A stretch of DNA of 62,940 nt, the filler included, from a bacterium (lineage in GTDB: Bacteria; JALSQH01), in the NCBI GenBank assembly GCA_027004335.1. It is 10 parts of 10 records of this genome, joined end to end, with 100 filler letters (N's around TTAATTAATTAA, not from the genome) between each part and the next. Parts side by side here need not be neighbours in the genome. Positions count along the whole stretch, not along the records: positions 22,149 to 24,508 come from JALTID010000206.1; positions 24,609 to 31,745 come from JALTID010000207.1; positions 31,846 to 38,979 come from JALTID010000208.1; 7 more parts are not named here. One strand, 5' to 3'. Of the stretch, positions 22,149 through 33,573 are shown in pieces. Each line of letters starts with the position of its first letter. The first letter of the stretch is position 1. The notes beneath the pieces were generated by a model. That model ran no database searches, was not told where the DNA came from, and saw only the letters and a program-made list of their open reading frames with translations. The position numbers and the translations under genes are program-made.

Positions 22149-23046
22149 CTATATGAACAGAGAAGGTGATGACATCTGGAGCAGGAACGCTGATGATGTT
22201 ATTCTGGCACAGAGATATGGGCAAGGAACCGATGTTTACAATTTCTTTGGTACGGTTCTCTGGCTTGTTACTGATTATGTGGCATGGGATACTGGTTTTG
22301 GTACCCCTGATGATCATCCTACTAAGTGTGGTTCTAATACCAATGAGACATATCCCAATTTTAAAATTTATGCTTCAGATGACACTGATACACAGAATCA
22401 GTGTTCTGATGCATCAAATAAGGATGATATCCCTTACATGTTTGCGCAGGATGACTCTTCCCGATATATGGATCCCATAACTCAATCTCTCGGATCTACC
22501 TATTCCCGGGTTCCCAATGGGACTGACACTGATAGTACCAGTGATTTTACTGTTGCTGATGATACTCCTGGTACCACTGCCAGGCTGATTGAATACTTCA
22601 GGGCAAAAGTAGAGCCTGCATTAAATTCTGTAGTGCTTTCATGGCGTACAGGATATGAGAAAGATATTGGTGGTTTTAATATTTATGAATCCACCAGTTA
22701 CAGTGGGAATTATGAAAAGAGGAATGCTGTTATGATAAATGCACATGGAATTCACTCAGATTATTCGGTAGTGGAAAGGTTATCTTCAGGTATTTCTGAG
22801 GTGTATTATAAGCTTGAGATTGTATATAGTGATGGGAAAAGCAATTTTGTTGGACCCCTGAGTGTGAAATTACATGATTTTTCCTCTGTTACTTCCGCTG
22901 CTAATAGTAACCTTGTTAAGGGTTCATCCTCTTCTTCCAATTCCTCTCAGGGTTGTTCAAACTTTCCAGCAGCTGGTGCGATTTCATTTATTTTTGTGTT
23001 AGGGCTTTTTTATATTCCTCTTAGATTTTTTCTTAGAAAAAAATGA
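22149..23046 (+). CDS. Surface protein (5' truncated) with lamin-tail-like segment, Ig/Fn3-like domain and GC-TM-basic C-terminal sorting tail
   Basis: SRVPNGTDTD..DF....TPG; F.A....VVLSW.T..E....GFNIY; tail SSSSQGCS + hydrophobic helix + RFFLRKK. Confidence 0.7.
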
Positions 23047-24508
23047 AATATTTTACTTTTGTTTTTCTACTCTTTTTACTGCCCTTAACTGTTAGAGGGG
23101 AAGAATATGTTGTGAATGTGACTGCAACTGGGGTTTATCTATTCCCTTTTGGGGAGGATCATACAATATCTTTTAATGGTCACATATTGCCTTTGATGGG
23201 GGGGTTGGTAAAGTATTTTTATGTAGATGTGGAGAAGGGGAAATTTACTACTGATTTGAAAGGATTGGTTAAAAATGGTAACTCAAGAAGTGTTCAGGTA
23301 ATAAATAAAAATTTAATTGCTCCAGGTTGCTCCTTCTTTTATAAGAAATTGTCATTTGAGCAAAATTCATACTATGTTCCATATCCTCTTGAAGGAACTT
23401 CAGGAATTCATTGGTACTGGGATTATGTTTTTGGTGGTGGCTGGAATTACTACAGAAATTTTAATGTGAGATTTAACATTAATAATCTCTACTGCAACAA
23501 TTTTTCTCTTCCAGTGACAGGGTATATATATGGCTTTTCTCCCAATCTACCCGGCAGTTTTAAACTCAAAGTTGAAATCAATAACCATATTTTTTATACC
23601 AAGACTGTAACTGATATGAGGTATAGAAGTTATCCTTTTGAGCTCACCTGTGGAGACCTGACACATAACAATACCCTTACCTTTACAGGAACTGATACAG
23701 GTAAAGGAGGTTTCTGGGTTGACAGGATTGAAATTTTCTATCCATCGTTTTTCACACCGTCAGAGGGTAAATTGTCGTTTAATTTATCAGTATCATCATG
23801 TGTTTCTATTTCTCCTGTTCATGAGGGGTATTTTTTATTAAATGTTGAGAACAGGTATAATCCTATTGGTATTACCTCTGGTAAAATTATAAATGGTTCC
23901 CTTAGAGTCTGCCTTTCACCCGGCAGATATTTTTACCAATCCCTTGATTCAGTAAATGTCCCCTCCTCTTCACTCGTAAATGATATATATCCTGACTTTT
24001 TGCCTGAGTCTGATCTTCTCGTTATAACAGCTCCCCGTTTTGTTTCATCTCCCGCTCTTTCCAGCTGGATCGAAAGAAGAGAGAAAGAAGGTTTGAGTGT
24101 TCTTAAAATCCCGGTTGACGAGGTGTACAGATGGTTTAGTTATGGTAATAAAAGTCCGTTTGCCATAAGGGACTTCCTCCTTTTTTTAAAAAGTAAGTGG
24201 ATTGATTTTCCCAAGTATCTGCTTCTTGTTGGTTTTTCTACTTCAGCTCCACGCAACGACATAGTTTCTCCTCCCGGCTTCCAGTATCTTGAAGGGAAAT
24301 GGGATCTCCTTCCTGCTTTTCCATACAGGAGTGAAAATGAGGATCCCAGATACTCAGGAACAATTTATGAGTATTATGATATAGGAGTAGATTATTTTTA
24401 CGCTGATCCTGATAATGATGGAAAGGTGGATTTTTATACAGGAAGACTGCCAGTTACCTCTGAGACTGAGTTAAGTAATATATTCAACAAGGTTTATTCT
24501 TTTGAAGA
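23043..24508 (+). CDS. C25 (gingipain-like) cysteine peptidase family protein (3' truncated)
   Basis: Signal peptide; DLLVITAP.F, V.EVY..FSYG..SP.AIRDFL, YLLLVG and D.FY.D..GRLPV match the N-terminal half of the C25 domain. Catalytic His/Cys lie beyond the gap. Confidence 0.78.
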
Positions 24509-24608
24509 NNNNNNNNNNNNNNNNNNNNNNNNNNNNNNNNNNNNNNNNNNNNTTAATTAATTAANNNNNNNNNNNNNNNNNNNNNNNNNNNNNNNNNNNN
24601 NNNNNNNN

Positions 24609-25085
24609 TTTCTATGCTGGTATCAGGCCCGCTATCAATGTTGGCATTTCAGTTTCAAGGGTCGGTGGTGCTGCCCAGGTAAAGGCAATGAAGCAGGTGG
24701 CTGGCTCTCTTAGGCTGGAAATGGCGCAGTACAGAGAGCTTGCAGCTTTTGCACAGTTTGGTTCTGATCTTGATAAAGCTACTCTTGCACAACTGGAAAG
24801 GGGGAAGAGATTGCAGGAAGTTTTAAAACAGGACCAATATTCTCCTCTGCCTGTTGAGAGACAGATTGTGATCATTTATGCTGGGACCAGAGGGTTTCTT
24901 GATTCAATACCTGTGGATGATATAAAGCGATATGAAAAGGAACTTTATATATTTTTAGAGGAAAAACATCCTGAGGTACTTAAAGAAATTGAAGAACAAA
25001 GGCAGCTCACCTCAGGATTAGATGAGAAGCTGAGGAAGGTTTTAGAGGAATTTAATTCACTTTTCCATCCTTCAGGAGAGGATCA

Positions 25086-25089
<4 letters not shown>
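24609..25089 (+). CDS. atpA: F1 ATP synthase alpha subunit (C-terminal part)
   Basis: [20 protein letters not shown] and [12 protein letters not shown]. Confidence 0.97.
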
Positions 25090-27366
<2,277 letters not shown>

Positions 27367-27384
27367 TTGCTTGAGGAGATTATT

Positions 27385-27792
27385 GTGGAATTGCTTGTGC
27401 TTACACCTGAGAGAAGGCTTGTTGAAGAGGCAGTAGAGGAGGTTATTCTGCCTGGTAAGCTTGGTGAAATGGGGATTCTTCCAGGTCACACTCATCTTAT
27501 ATCAGAGTTAGAAATAGGAATTGTTTTATTCAAAGAATCTGGAGGAAATAAAGAGAGGTCTGTTTATATTGATTCCGGAGTGGTGGAAATTAACAATGAT
27601 GTTATAAAGATCCTCACTTCTTCTGGGGAAAAAGCCGAAGATATAGATGTTGAAGAGGTAAAGAAGGAGGTTGAATCACTGGAAAAGGAGTTAAGTACAG
27701 AAGAGATCATGCAGGATAAACAAAAATTCAACATGCTTGAGGTGGCACTCAAGAAAGCTCTTGCAAAACTTCAAGCTGCTAAGTATCGCTGA
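27385..27792 (+). CDS. atpC: F1 ATP synthase epsilon subunit
   Basis: LTPER and PGKLGEMGILPGH; GTG start after SD GAGGAG. Confidence 0.93.
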   Translation: MELLVLTPERRLVEEAVEEVILPGKLGEMGILPGHTHLISELEIGIVLFKESGGNKERSVYIDSGVVEINNDVIKILTSSGEKAEDIDVEEVKKEVESLEKELSTEEIMQDKQKFNMLEVALKKALAKLQAAKYR

Positions 27793-28401
27793 TTATTTTT
27801 TGGGGATAGCTTTTATTTTTAGTTTCCCGTTTTCTTCAATGATTTTAAATTCAATATCTTTGGCCTTTGTTTTTTTAATAAGTTTTTTCTTCTGTTCTTC
27901 AAGTTTGTTTTTCCATTTCTCATAGCTCATATTGGTTTTTCCTTTAATTTTTACATACTCGTTGTAGAGGGATAAATACCTGTCGTCAGATGGCTGCTCA
28001 GTAGATTTTTTGGCAGCCTCTTCTGCCAGTTTCATCCTTGAAACTGAGTCTTGAGAAAGTTTTCTTTTTGCTTCAATTTCGCTAATCAATCCTCTCTGTT
28101 TTGCTCTGAAAATATCTCTTACGAAGGTTCCTTCCTCCATCTGCCTGAGAAATCTGTTCCATTTCTCTCTGTATGTAGCATACTTATTTCTCAGGTTGGT
28201 AAGCCTGAATTTCAATGTTGCATTGGCAATATATGTATCCATCAATTCCCTTATCATTTTCTCCACCTGTTTTCGCCTACGCTGGGGTTCTACTTTTAAG
28301 AAGCCGAGGAAAAACTGGTCATATTCATAAATTAACCTGTCAATTTCCTCTTCAAGTGTTTTCAGCTTGGCTGAAATTTTTTCCGAGTCGGTTTTCTTCA
28401 T
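27793..28401 (-). CDS. MXAN_5187 C-terminal-domain-like protein
   Basis: L..EYDQFFLG..EP and W.R.LRQMEEGT; C-terminal IEFKIIEENGKLKIKAIPK. Confidence 0.7.
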   Translation of the reverse strand: MKKTDSEKISAKLKTLEEEIDRLIYEYDQFFLGFLKVEPQRRRKQVEKMIRELMDTYIANATLKFRLTNLRNKYATYREKWNRFLRQMEEGTFVRDIFRAKQRGLISEIEAKRKLSQDSVSRMKLAEEAAKKSTEQPSDDRYLSLYNEYVKIKGKTNMSYEKWKNKLEEQKKKLIKKTKAKDIEFKIIEENGKLKIKAIPKK

Positions 28402-29641
28402 TTTTTACGGCATATTCCATAAGGTTTTTTATATCATAACTGATCTGGTTTATATCAAGTCCCATTGTGAGTTCAATATGACTGTTTCCTCTTACCGGCC
28501 TCCAGAGAAGGTAATCACTTTTTACAGATCTGTAGATCTTTTTCGTGCTTTCTATTCCTGCGAAGAGATCCTCATCCCCAAAGATTATTGCGATTGGTAT
28601 TGTGATCTTATCAAAATTAGCCTTGCAATCATAATCAGCGCGATAAATCTTGAATTCATTTTTTTTAATCCAGCGGGTAAATTCTTCAACAACTTTTACA
28701 GGTTCTTTTTCAGCTCCATTTTCAAGAAGATATAATAGGTCATTCAGATCCACCTTCTCTGGGTTCCATAGTTTTGGAAAAGGATCAGGTAATTTTCTCA
28801 GGAGATTTTCTCTCCTCCTGACAAACCTTGCGAGTTCTTTGAATATTTCATCAATGGGAATTTCATTAAATTCGAGGAGTTCCCTCTTCTCTTCCTCTCT
28901 TTTTTCAGGAATAAGATTTGCTGTAATTCTAACTACATGAGAAACTTTTTTCCTCGCTTTTTTTATTTTAAATTTTATTTTTTGGTTAAAGTTTATAATA
29001 CCGAGAAGGAAATCTATCATTGAAGTTGAGAATGGGAAGATATAGCTTCCCACCTTTAACATAATGGAATTCTTACCTATCTCCGCGGGGGAGCCGATTG
29101 TGACTAGCCCATAGAGATTATCCTGAAATCTTGATGCATAGCAGTAACCAAGCATTCCCCCCATGCTGTGGCCGCAGTAGAATATTTTTTTGAAACCAGT
29201 CAGTTTTTTTACAGCTTTTACAGCCGCAGGAATATCATACAGGAAATAGGAGTCTATATCCCACTGAAAATCTATATCTACCGGAAGGGGTTTACCGAAA
29301 GTTCTATTTTTTTGAAACTGAAGTTCCCTGCTGCTTCTTCCGTGCCCCCTCAGTTCAAGAATATGAACATCTACACCGAAGTAGAGCATATTTTTTACAA
29401 ATTCTCCTGATGTCCAGGTTAGTCTATTCTGTGAAAATCCATGAACAAGAAGAAGAGGAATATTAAATAGCGGTTGATCATACTCCTGCTTTAGCGGTTT
29501 ATACCTTGTAATTACAAGGGCCCACCCGTCCTCTGTTTCTATTTCGTATGTGGACTTTATATAAGTTTTTTTAAATTCTTCGTCAGGAATTGTTACAATT
29601 TTTCTTCTTACAACTTCTTCTATATTTTCTAAAGGTGGCAT
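28352..29641 (-). CDS. Alpha/beta-fold hydrolase (lipase-like)
   Basis: TEDGW.L, LLVHG, ELRGHG, GHSMGG nucleophile elbow and a C-terminal His. Confidence 0.85.
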   Translation of the reverse strand: MPPLENIEEVVRRKIVTIPDEEFKKTYIKSTYEIETEDGWALVITRYKPLKQEYDQPLFNIPLLLVHGFSQNRLTWTSGEFVKNMLYFGVDVHILELRGHGRSSRELQFQKNRTFGKPLPVDIDFQWDIDSYFLYDIPAAVKAVKKLTGFKKIFYCGHSMGGMLGYCYASRFQDNLYGLVTIGSPAEIGKNSIMLKVGSYIFPFSTSMIDFLLGIINFNQKIKFKIKKARKKVSHVVRITANLIPEKREEEKRELLEFNEIPIDEIFKELARFVRRRENLLRKLPDPFPKLWNPEKVDLNDLLYLLENGAEKEPVKVVEEFTRWIKKNEFKIYRADYDCKANFDKITIPIAIIFGDEDLFAGIESTKKIYRSVKSDYLLWRPVRGNSHIELTMGLDINQISYDIKNLMEYAVKNEENRLGKNFSQAENT

Positions 29642-29698
29642 ACCTCTATTTTATCAGTAACTGCGGTATGATGCAAAAAGTTAATGGGTGTTCTACTT

Positions 29699-31003
29699 TT
29701 ATCCCCTTAAAATGGAGTTAAGAGAATCTGAATATTTCTTAAGATGATTGTACTCTGAAAAATTATAATACATCACCACAACTTTATTATGGAGGAGGGG
29801 ATCTTTTAATATTTCAGGGTGCTTTGTTGCATATTTGTAAAAGTCCTTTGTCTTAGGGACAGGGGAGTAAGTAACCAGGCGGACTTTGATCTCAAGGGAA
29901 TGAATAACTTCAATGGTTCTTTTAACATTTTCAAAATCTGTACCCGGTGCGCCATAGATAACATAAGCTCCTATTTCATCTTTGCTGAAACCTGCTTTTT
30001 TCAGTGCGCTCACTCCTGTGAAAAGTTCCTTCAGATTTGCTTTATTTCCGGTTGCTTCCTGAAAAGCCGGGTCTATACTTTCAAGTCCAACCCGTATCGT
30101 TCTGAACCTTGCTTTTTTCATTAAATCTGCCACTTCTTCATCAATATATCTCAGATGCACAGCGTTGGGGAGATGAAAACGAATGGGTAAATCCAGGAGT
30201 ATAATTTTTCTAAGGAGAGGTTTTATATATCGATCTCTATCTACCAGAAGTGCATCATCCAAAAAAGCAATATCTTCGATTCCTCTCTTTGCGAGGTAAT
30301 GTAATTCTTTAATAATACTGGCGAAGCTCCTTCTTTTTATGATTGAATATAGAATGGGAACAGCGCAGTAGCTACATTTAAAAGGGCATCCCTGTGTTGT
30401 TAAAAGGGAGGATGTCCTGTTTATTTCAGGGTAAAAAGAGAGATCAGGGATTGTTTCAAATAGGTCTTCTACGATTTTTATATTTAGAAGCTTTGCGATT
30501 TTTCGTTGTAGTTCCTGATAGCTATGTGTTGCCATAATCATATCAGGTCCTGCTTCTTTCAAATGTTCTGGCATGAGGATTGCGTAATTACCCCCCACAA
30601 CTATTTTGCTTTCCGGGAAGATTTCCCTCACTATTTTTATTAGCTTGTGGAGAGAAAGATACCAGTAAGTTATCGGCACAGCGAGAAAAACAAAATCAGG
30701 GGGAGGAGTTTCCTTAATTTTTTTGTAACATTCTTCGGGAGAGGCTCCAAATCTCCTGAATCTTCTTGGTATAAAAGATAGCACTTCGGGTTTTTCAATG
30801 TATTCACTCCTGTATTTCCCTGAATTCCACTTTTTGCTTTTACCTCCCCATATCGACCTATCAAGACAGTCAATGAAGTAGGCATCAACTCCTGAATTTT
30901 TCAGCCATCTAAGAATCTTGAGTAATGTGATAGGCTTAATCCACTGATCAAATGCTGAAAAATCTTCAATCCATGGATTTATAAGAAGGATTCTTTTATT
31001 CAC
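29699..31003 (-). CDS. B12-binding-domain radical SAM protein
   Basis: ILLINPWI.DF N-terminal domain; GCPFKCSYC motif. Confidence 0.85.
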   Translation of the reverse strand: MNKRILLINPWIEDFSAFDQWIKPITLLKILRWLKNSGVDAYFIDCLDRSIWGGKSKKWNSGKYRSEYIEKPEVLSFIPRRFRRFGASPEECYKKIKETPPPDFVFLAVPITYWYLSLHKLIKIVREIFPESKIVVGGNYAILMPEHLKEAGPDMIMATHSYQELQRKIAKLLNIKIVEDLFETIPDLSFYPEINRTSSLLTTQGCPFKCSYCAVPILYSIIKRRSFASIIKELHYLAKRGIEDIAFLDDALLVDRDRYIKPLLRKIILLDLPIRFHLPNAVHLRYIDEEVADLMKKARFRTIRVGLESIDPAFQEATGNKANLKELFTGVSALKKAGFSKDEIGAYVIYGAPGTDFENVKRTIEVIHSLEIKVRLVTYSPVPKTKDFYKYATKHPEILKDPLLHNKVVVMYYNFSEYNHLKKYSDSLNSILRG

Positions 31004-31529
31004 CTCTTAGCTCTTTGAGGTAGGTATCCCTTGCTTTTGAAAAGAATTCTAAATATTCTGTGGTTCTGTAATCCGGATATGTCCATTCAAAGAAGTTCCA
31101 CTTTTTCCCCCTCCAGTGCAGGGTAACTTCTGCAAAAATACCACTTCCTATATATATTCTGTGAAAAAAATTTTTGGTGGATGCAAGAATAACTTTGGAG
31201 GTTTCAACATATCCTGGATCAAGATTAACAGGTCTTGAAAAACCATCTCTGTTTGCAAAGGTTTCTTCAAGCATGTTGGTCTGTATCTTTATGGTGGAGA
31301 GAAGTGCCGGATCCTTGAGGCCTTCAAAAAGAACTAGTTTTCTTTTAATATTTTTCCCCATTTCTTCTCTGTAATAATCTGTGAAGGTAAAATCTAAGAA
31401 GGGTGATTCCATCTGAATTTTCCCCAGTAGATCAGTGAGGAGTTCTTTCACCTCTTCCCACAGAGTCTTCTCAGCAAGCAAAATCCCCACAAAGAATTTC
31501 ACCTGTAGAGGAATCTTGATTTTACCCAT
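30996..31529 (-). CDS. DUF4416 family protein
   Basis: FTDYYREEMG, RPVNLDPGY, LASTKNFFHRIY and WTYPDY. Confidence 0.85.
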   Translation of the reverse strand: MGKIKIPLQVKFFVGILLAEKTLWEEVKELLTDLLGKIQMESPFLDFTFTDYYREEMGKNIKRKLVLFEGLKDPALLSTIKIQTNMLEETFANRDGFSRPVNLDPGYVETSKVILASTKNFFHRIYIGSGIFAEVTLHWRGKKWNFFEWTYPDYRTTEYLEFFSKARDTYLKELRGE

Positions 31530-31845
31530 ACTGAACTAACCTTACCATAGAGTTTCTTCTTTATTTTATCAGGTGAAATTTTTTCCACAACACTACCCCA
31601 CATTGCACTTTACTTAAAAATTTTTCTTTAACATAAACACTGAAAACATTGCTGCCTGCTGCTGTTTTGGTTGTGTTGTTATTATATCTACCACTCTGTC
31701 CCTTTCTATCTTTTGCTCAGCCTGATCAAGATGCTCTATCTTTACNNNNNNNNNNNNNNNNNNNNNNNNNNNNNNNNNNNNNNNNNNNNTTAATTAATTA
31801 ANNNNNNNNNNNNNNNNNNNNNNNNNNNNNNNNNNNNNNNNNNNN

Positions 31846-32390
31846 CCTGTATAAGGTGGATCAGCTTTGGGATTGGTTTTTGCAGCAACAACAACAACAT
31901 CCCCTAAGAGTCCATTGGTTATAAACATTTTAGTCCCATTAAGCAGATAATGATTGCCTTTCTTGATAGCCGTAGTTTTTATCCTCTGCAAATCTGAACC
32001 TGCATCTGGTTCCGTCATAGCCACAGCAAATATTTTTTCACCCCTGGCGGCAGGTGGAAGCCAGCGCTTTTTCTGTTCCTCATTCCCAAAATAGTAAATA
32101 TAGGGAGCCACAACATCGTTGTGGAGGGAAATGGCAAACCCGCTTTCCATTACATAAGCCAACTCTTCCATAATCACAACAGAATAAAGGAAATCTGCAC
32201 CCATCCCACCATACTCTTCAGGGATCCATGGAAGTAAAAAACCCGCTTCCCCTGCTTTTTTCCATACTTCCCTTGATACCATTCCAGCTTCTTCCCACTC
32301 TTCTCTGTGAGGAAGAACCTCTTTTTCCAAAAATTTTCTGAATGCATCTCTGAAAATCTCATGTTCTTCTGAAAAAATCTCTCTTTTCAT
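31846..32390 (-). CDS. Acyl-CoA dehydrogenase, long-chain type (3' truncated)
   Basis: EEHEIFR, PEEYGG, AMTEPDAGSDL and LNGTKMFITNG. Confidence 0.92.
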
Positions 32391-32427
32391 AACTACCCCC
32401 GTTTTTTTCCTACAATTTAATATTATT

Positions 32428-32443
32428 TTGACAATCTTGTCAA
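32428..32443. promoter_or_regulatory. Palindromic operator TTGACAA-N2-TTGTCAA
   Basis: TTGACAATCTTGTCAA upstream of the acyl-CoA dehydrogenase; a second copy is at 60180-60195. Confidence 0.7.
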
Positions 32444-32738
32444 TATTTTTCTTTTCTCTTGGTGGTGTCGAGAAAATGAAGATTTTATAACCCTCCCTCG
32501 TAGGTTTTGGTAAAATATAAGGTTAAATAAAAGGGGAGATATTAATCACATAGGAACAGGGGAGATAGGGTTACTCTTTGAGATGACTCTAGAAAGTCCT
32601 AAAGAAGCTCCGCTCCTTGAGATTGATGTTCACTATAACACCATTATCAATGTAACTTTAACAGATGGGCAAGGTCATGATGTTTCTTATTTTCTCAAGA
32701 AGTACAGCGAATTTGTTCTTTCCCTGCTTGGCAAAATG

Positions 32739-33353
32739 TCAGGATAATTCTTCTTTAACTATTCTACGGAAAAAGTTTTTTATTTCATCCCAGTGAGGAT
32801 CGATCTCCTTATTAGCTGTTTTTTCTGCATCTTCAAAGTACACAGCGGCTCTTAATGTGAGGCTGTGGTTATAGGAAGAGGAGAATTTTTTTTCACACAT
32901 GGATCTTATATGAGATAAATTCCAGCGGTGTTTATTCATCAAGAACCAGAGGTCAAAGAAGTCCTTTTTTTCTCCCCTCTGAATTACTGCAATTGTTTTC
33001 ATACAGGCAATATCCTCATCAGAGGCGAGTAATATTTTTATTTCTCCAATCTTCTCCGCTGGTTTTAAAAGGGGGTATTGGTAGCTAAAAAGAGATACCA
33101 TGACATTATTGATTATAATTTGTAGCGTATCTTCTTTCAGGTTGATGATTTTCCCCGCATCAGCTATTTTTTCTGATAATTTTTCAAAGGAGATCTTTCT
33201 TTCAGGAAAAGTGAATAGGTCAACATCCTCTGATTCTCTATGGGAGTACTTTAATGCGAGAGCTGTACCACCTGCAAGATAAAAGTTTTCAATAATCCCA
33301 TATTTCGAGAGAAGTTCTAAGCTCTTTTTTATCTCTATCAAGTTCATTGTCAT
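32739..33353 (-). CDS. AbiEii/AbiGii-family nucleotidyltransferase toxin
   Basis: FYLAGGTALAL..HRESEDVDLF and MK..A...RG.KKDFFDL. Confidence 0.88.
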   Translation of the reverse strand: MTMNLIEIKKSLELLSKYGIIENFYLAGGTALALKYSHRESEDVDLFTFPERKISFEKLSEKIADAGKIINLKEDTLQIIINNVMVSLFSYQYPLLKPAEKIGEIKILLASDEDIACMKTIAVIQRGEKKDFFDLWFLMNKHRWNLSHIRSMCEKKFSSSYNHSLTLRAAVYFEDAEKTANKEIDPHWDEIKNFFRRIVKEELS

Positions 33354-33573
33354 CTACTTCCAGTATGAATTTCCAGAAAGATTGATTCCTCCTGTCCATT
33401 TTGAACCATTGTTCAATATATATCTTCTTTAGAAGTTTTCTATCATAATCATGTAGTATTTCCCCCGGGTCATCATACATCATTCTTCTCAGGATGAGAA
33501 TCTCCCTGTTTTCCTCCTTATCCCAGGCGTACCTTTTTTCTTTTTCTCTACTTGAGTTTGTCCCTGTACTCAT
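33289..33573 (-). CDS. Small putative antitoxin partner of the AbiEii toxin
   Basis: About 94 aa, overlaps the toxin start; YAWD, ILRRMMY and D.RN..FW..IL pattern. Start codon uncertain. Confidence 0.6.
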   Translation of the reverse strand: MSTGTNSSREKEKRYAWDKEENREILILRRMMYDDPGEILHDYDRKLLKKIYIEQWFKMDRRNQSFWKFILEVDDNELDRDKKELRTSLEIWDY

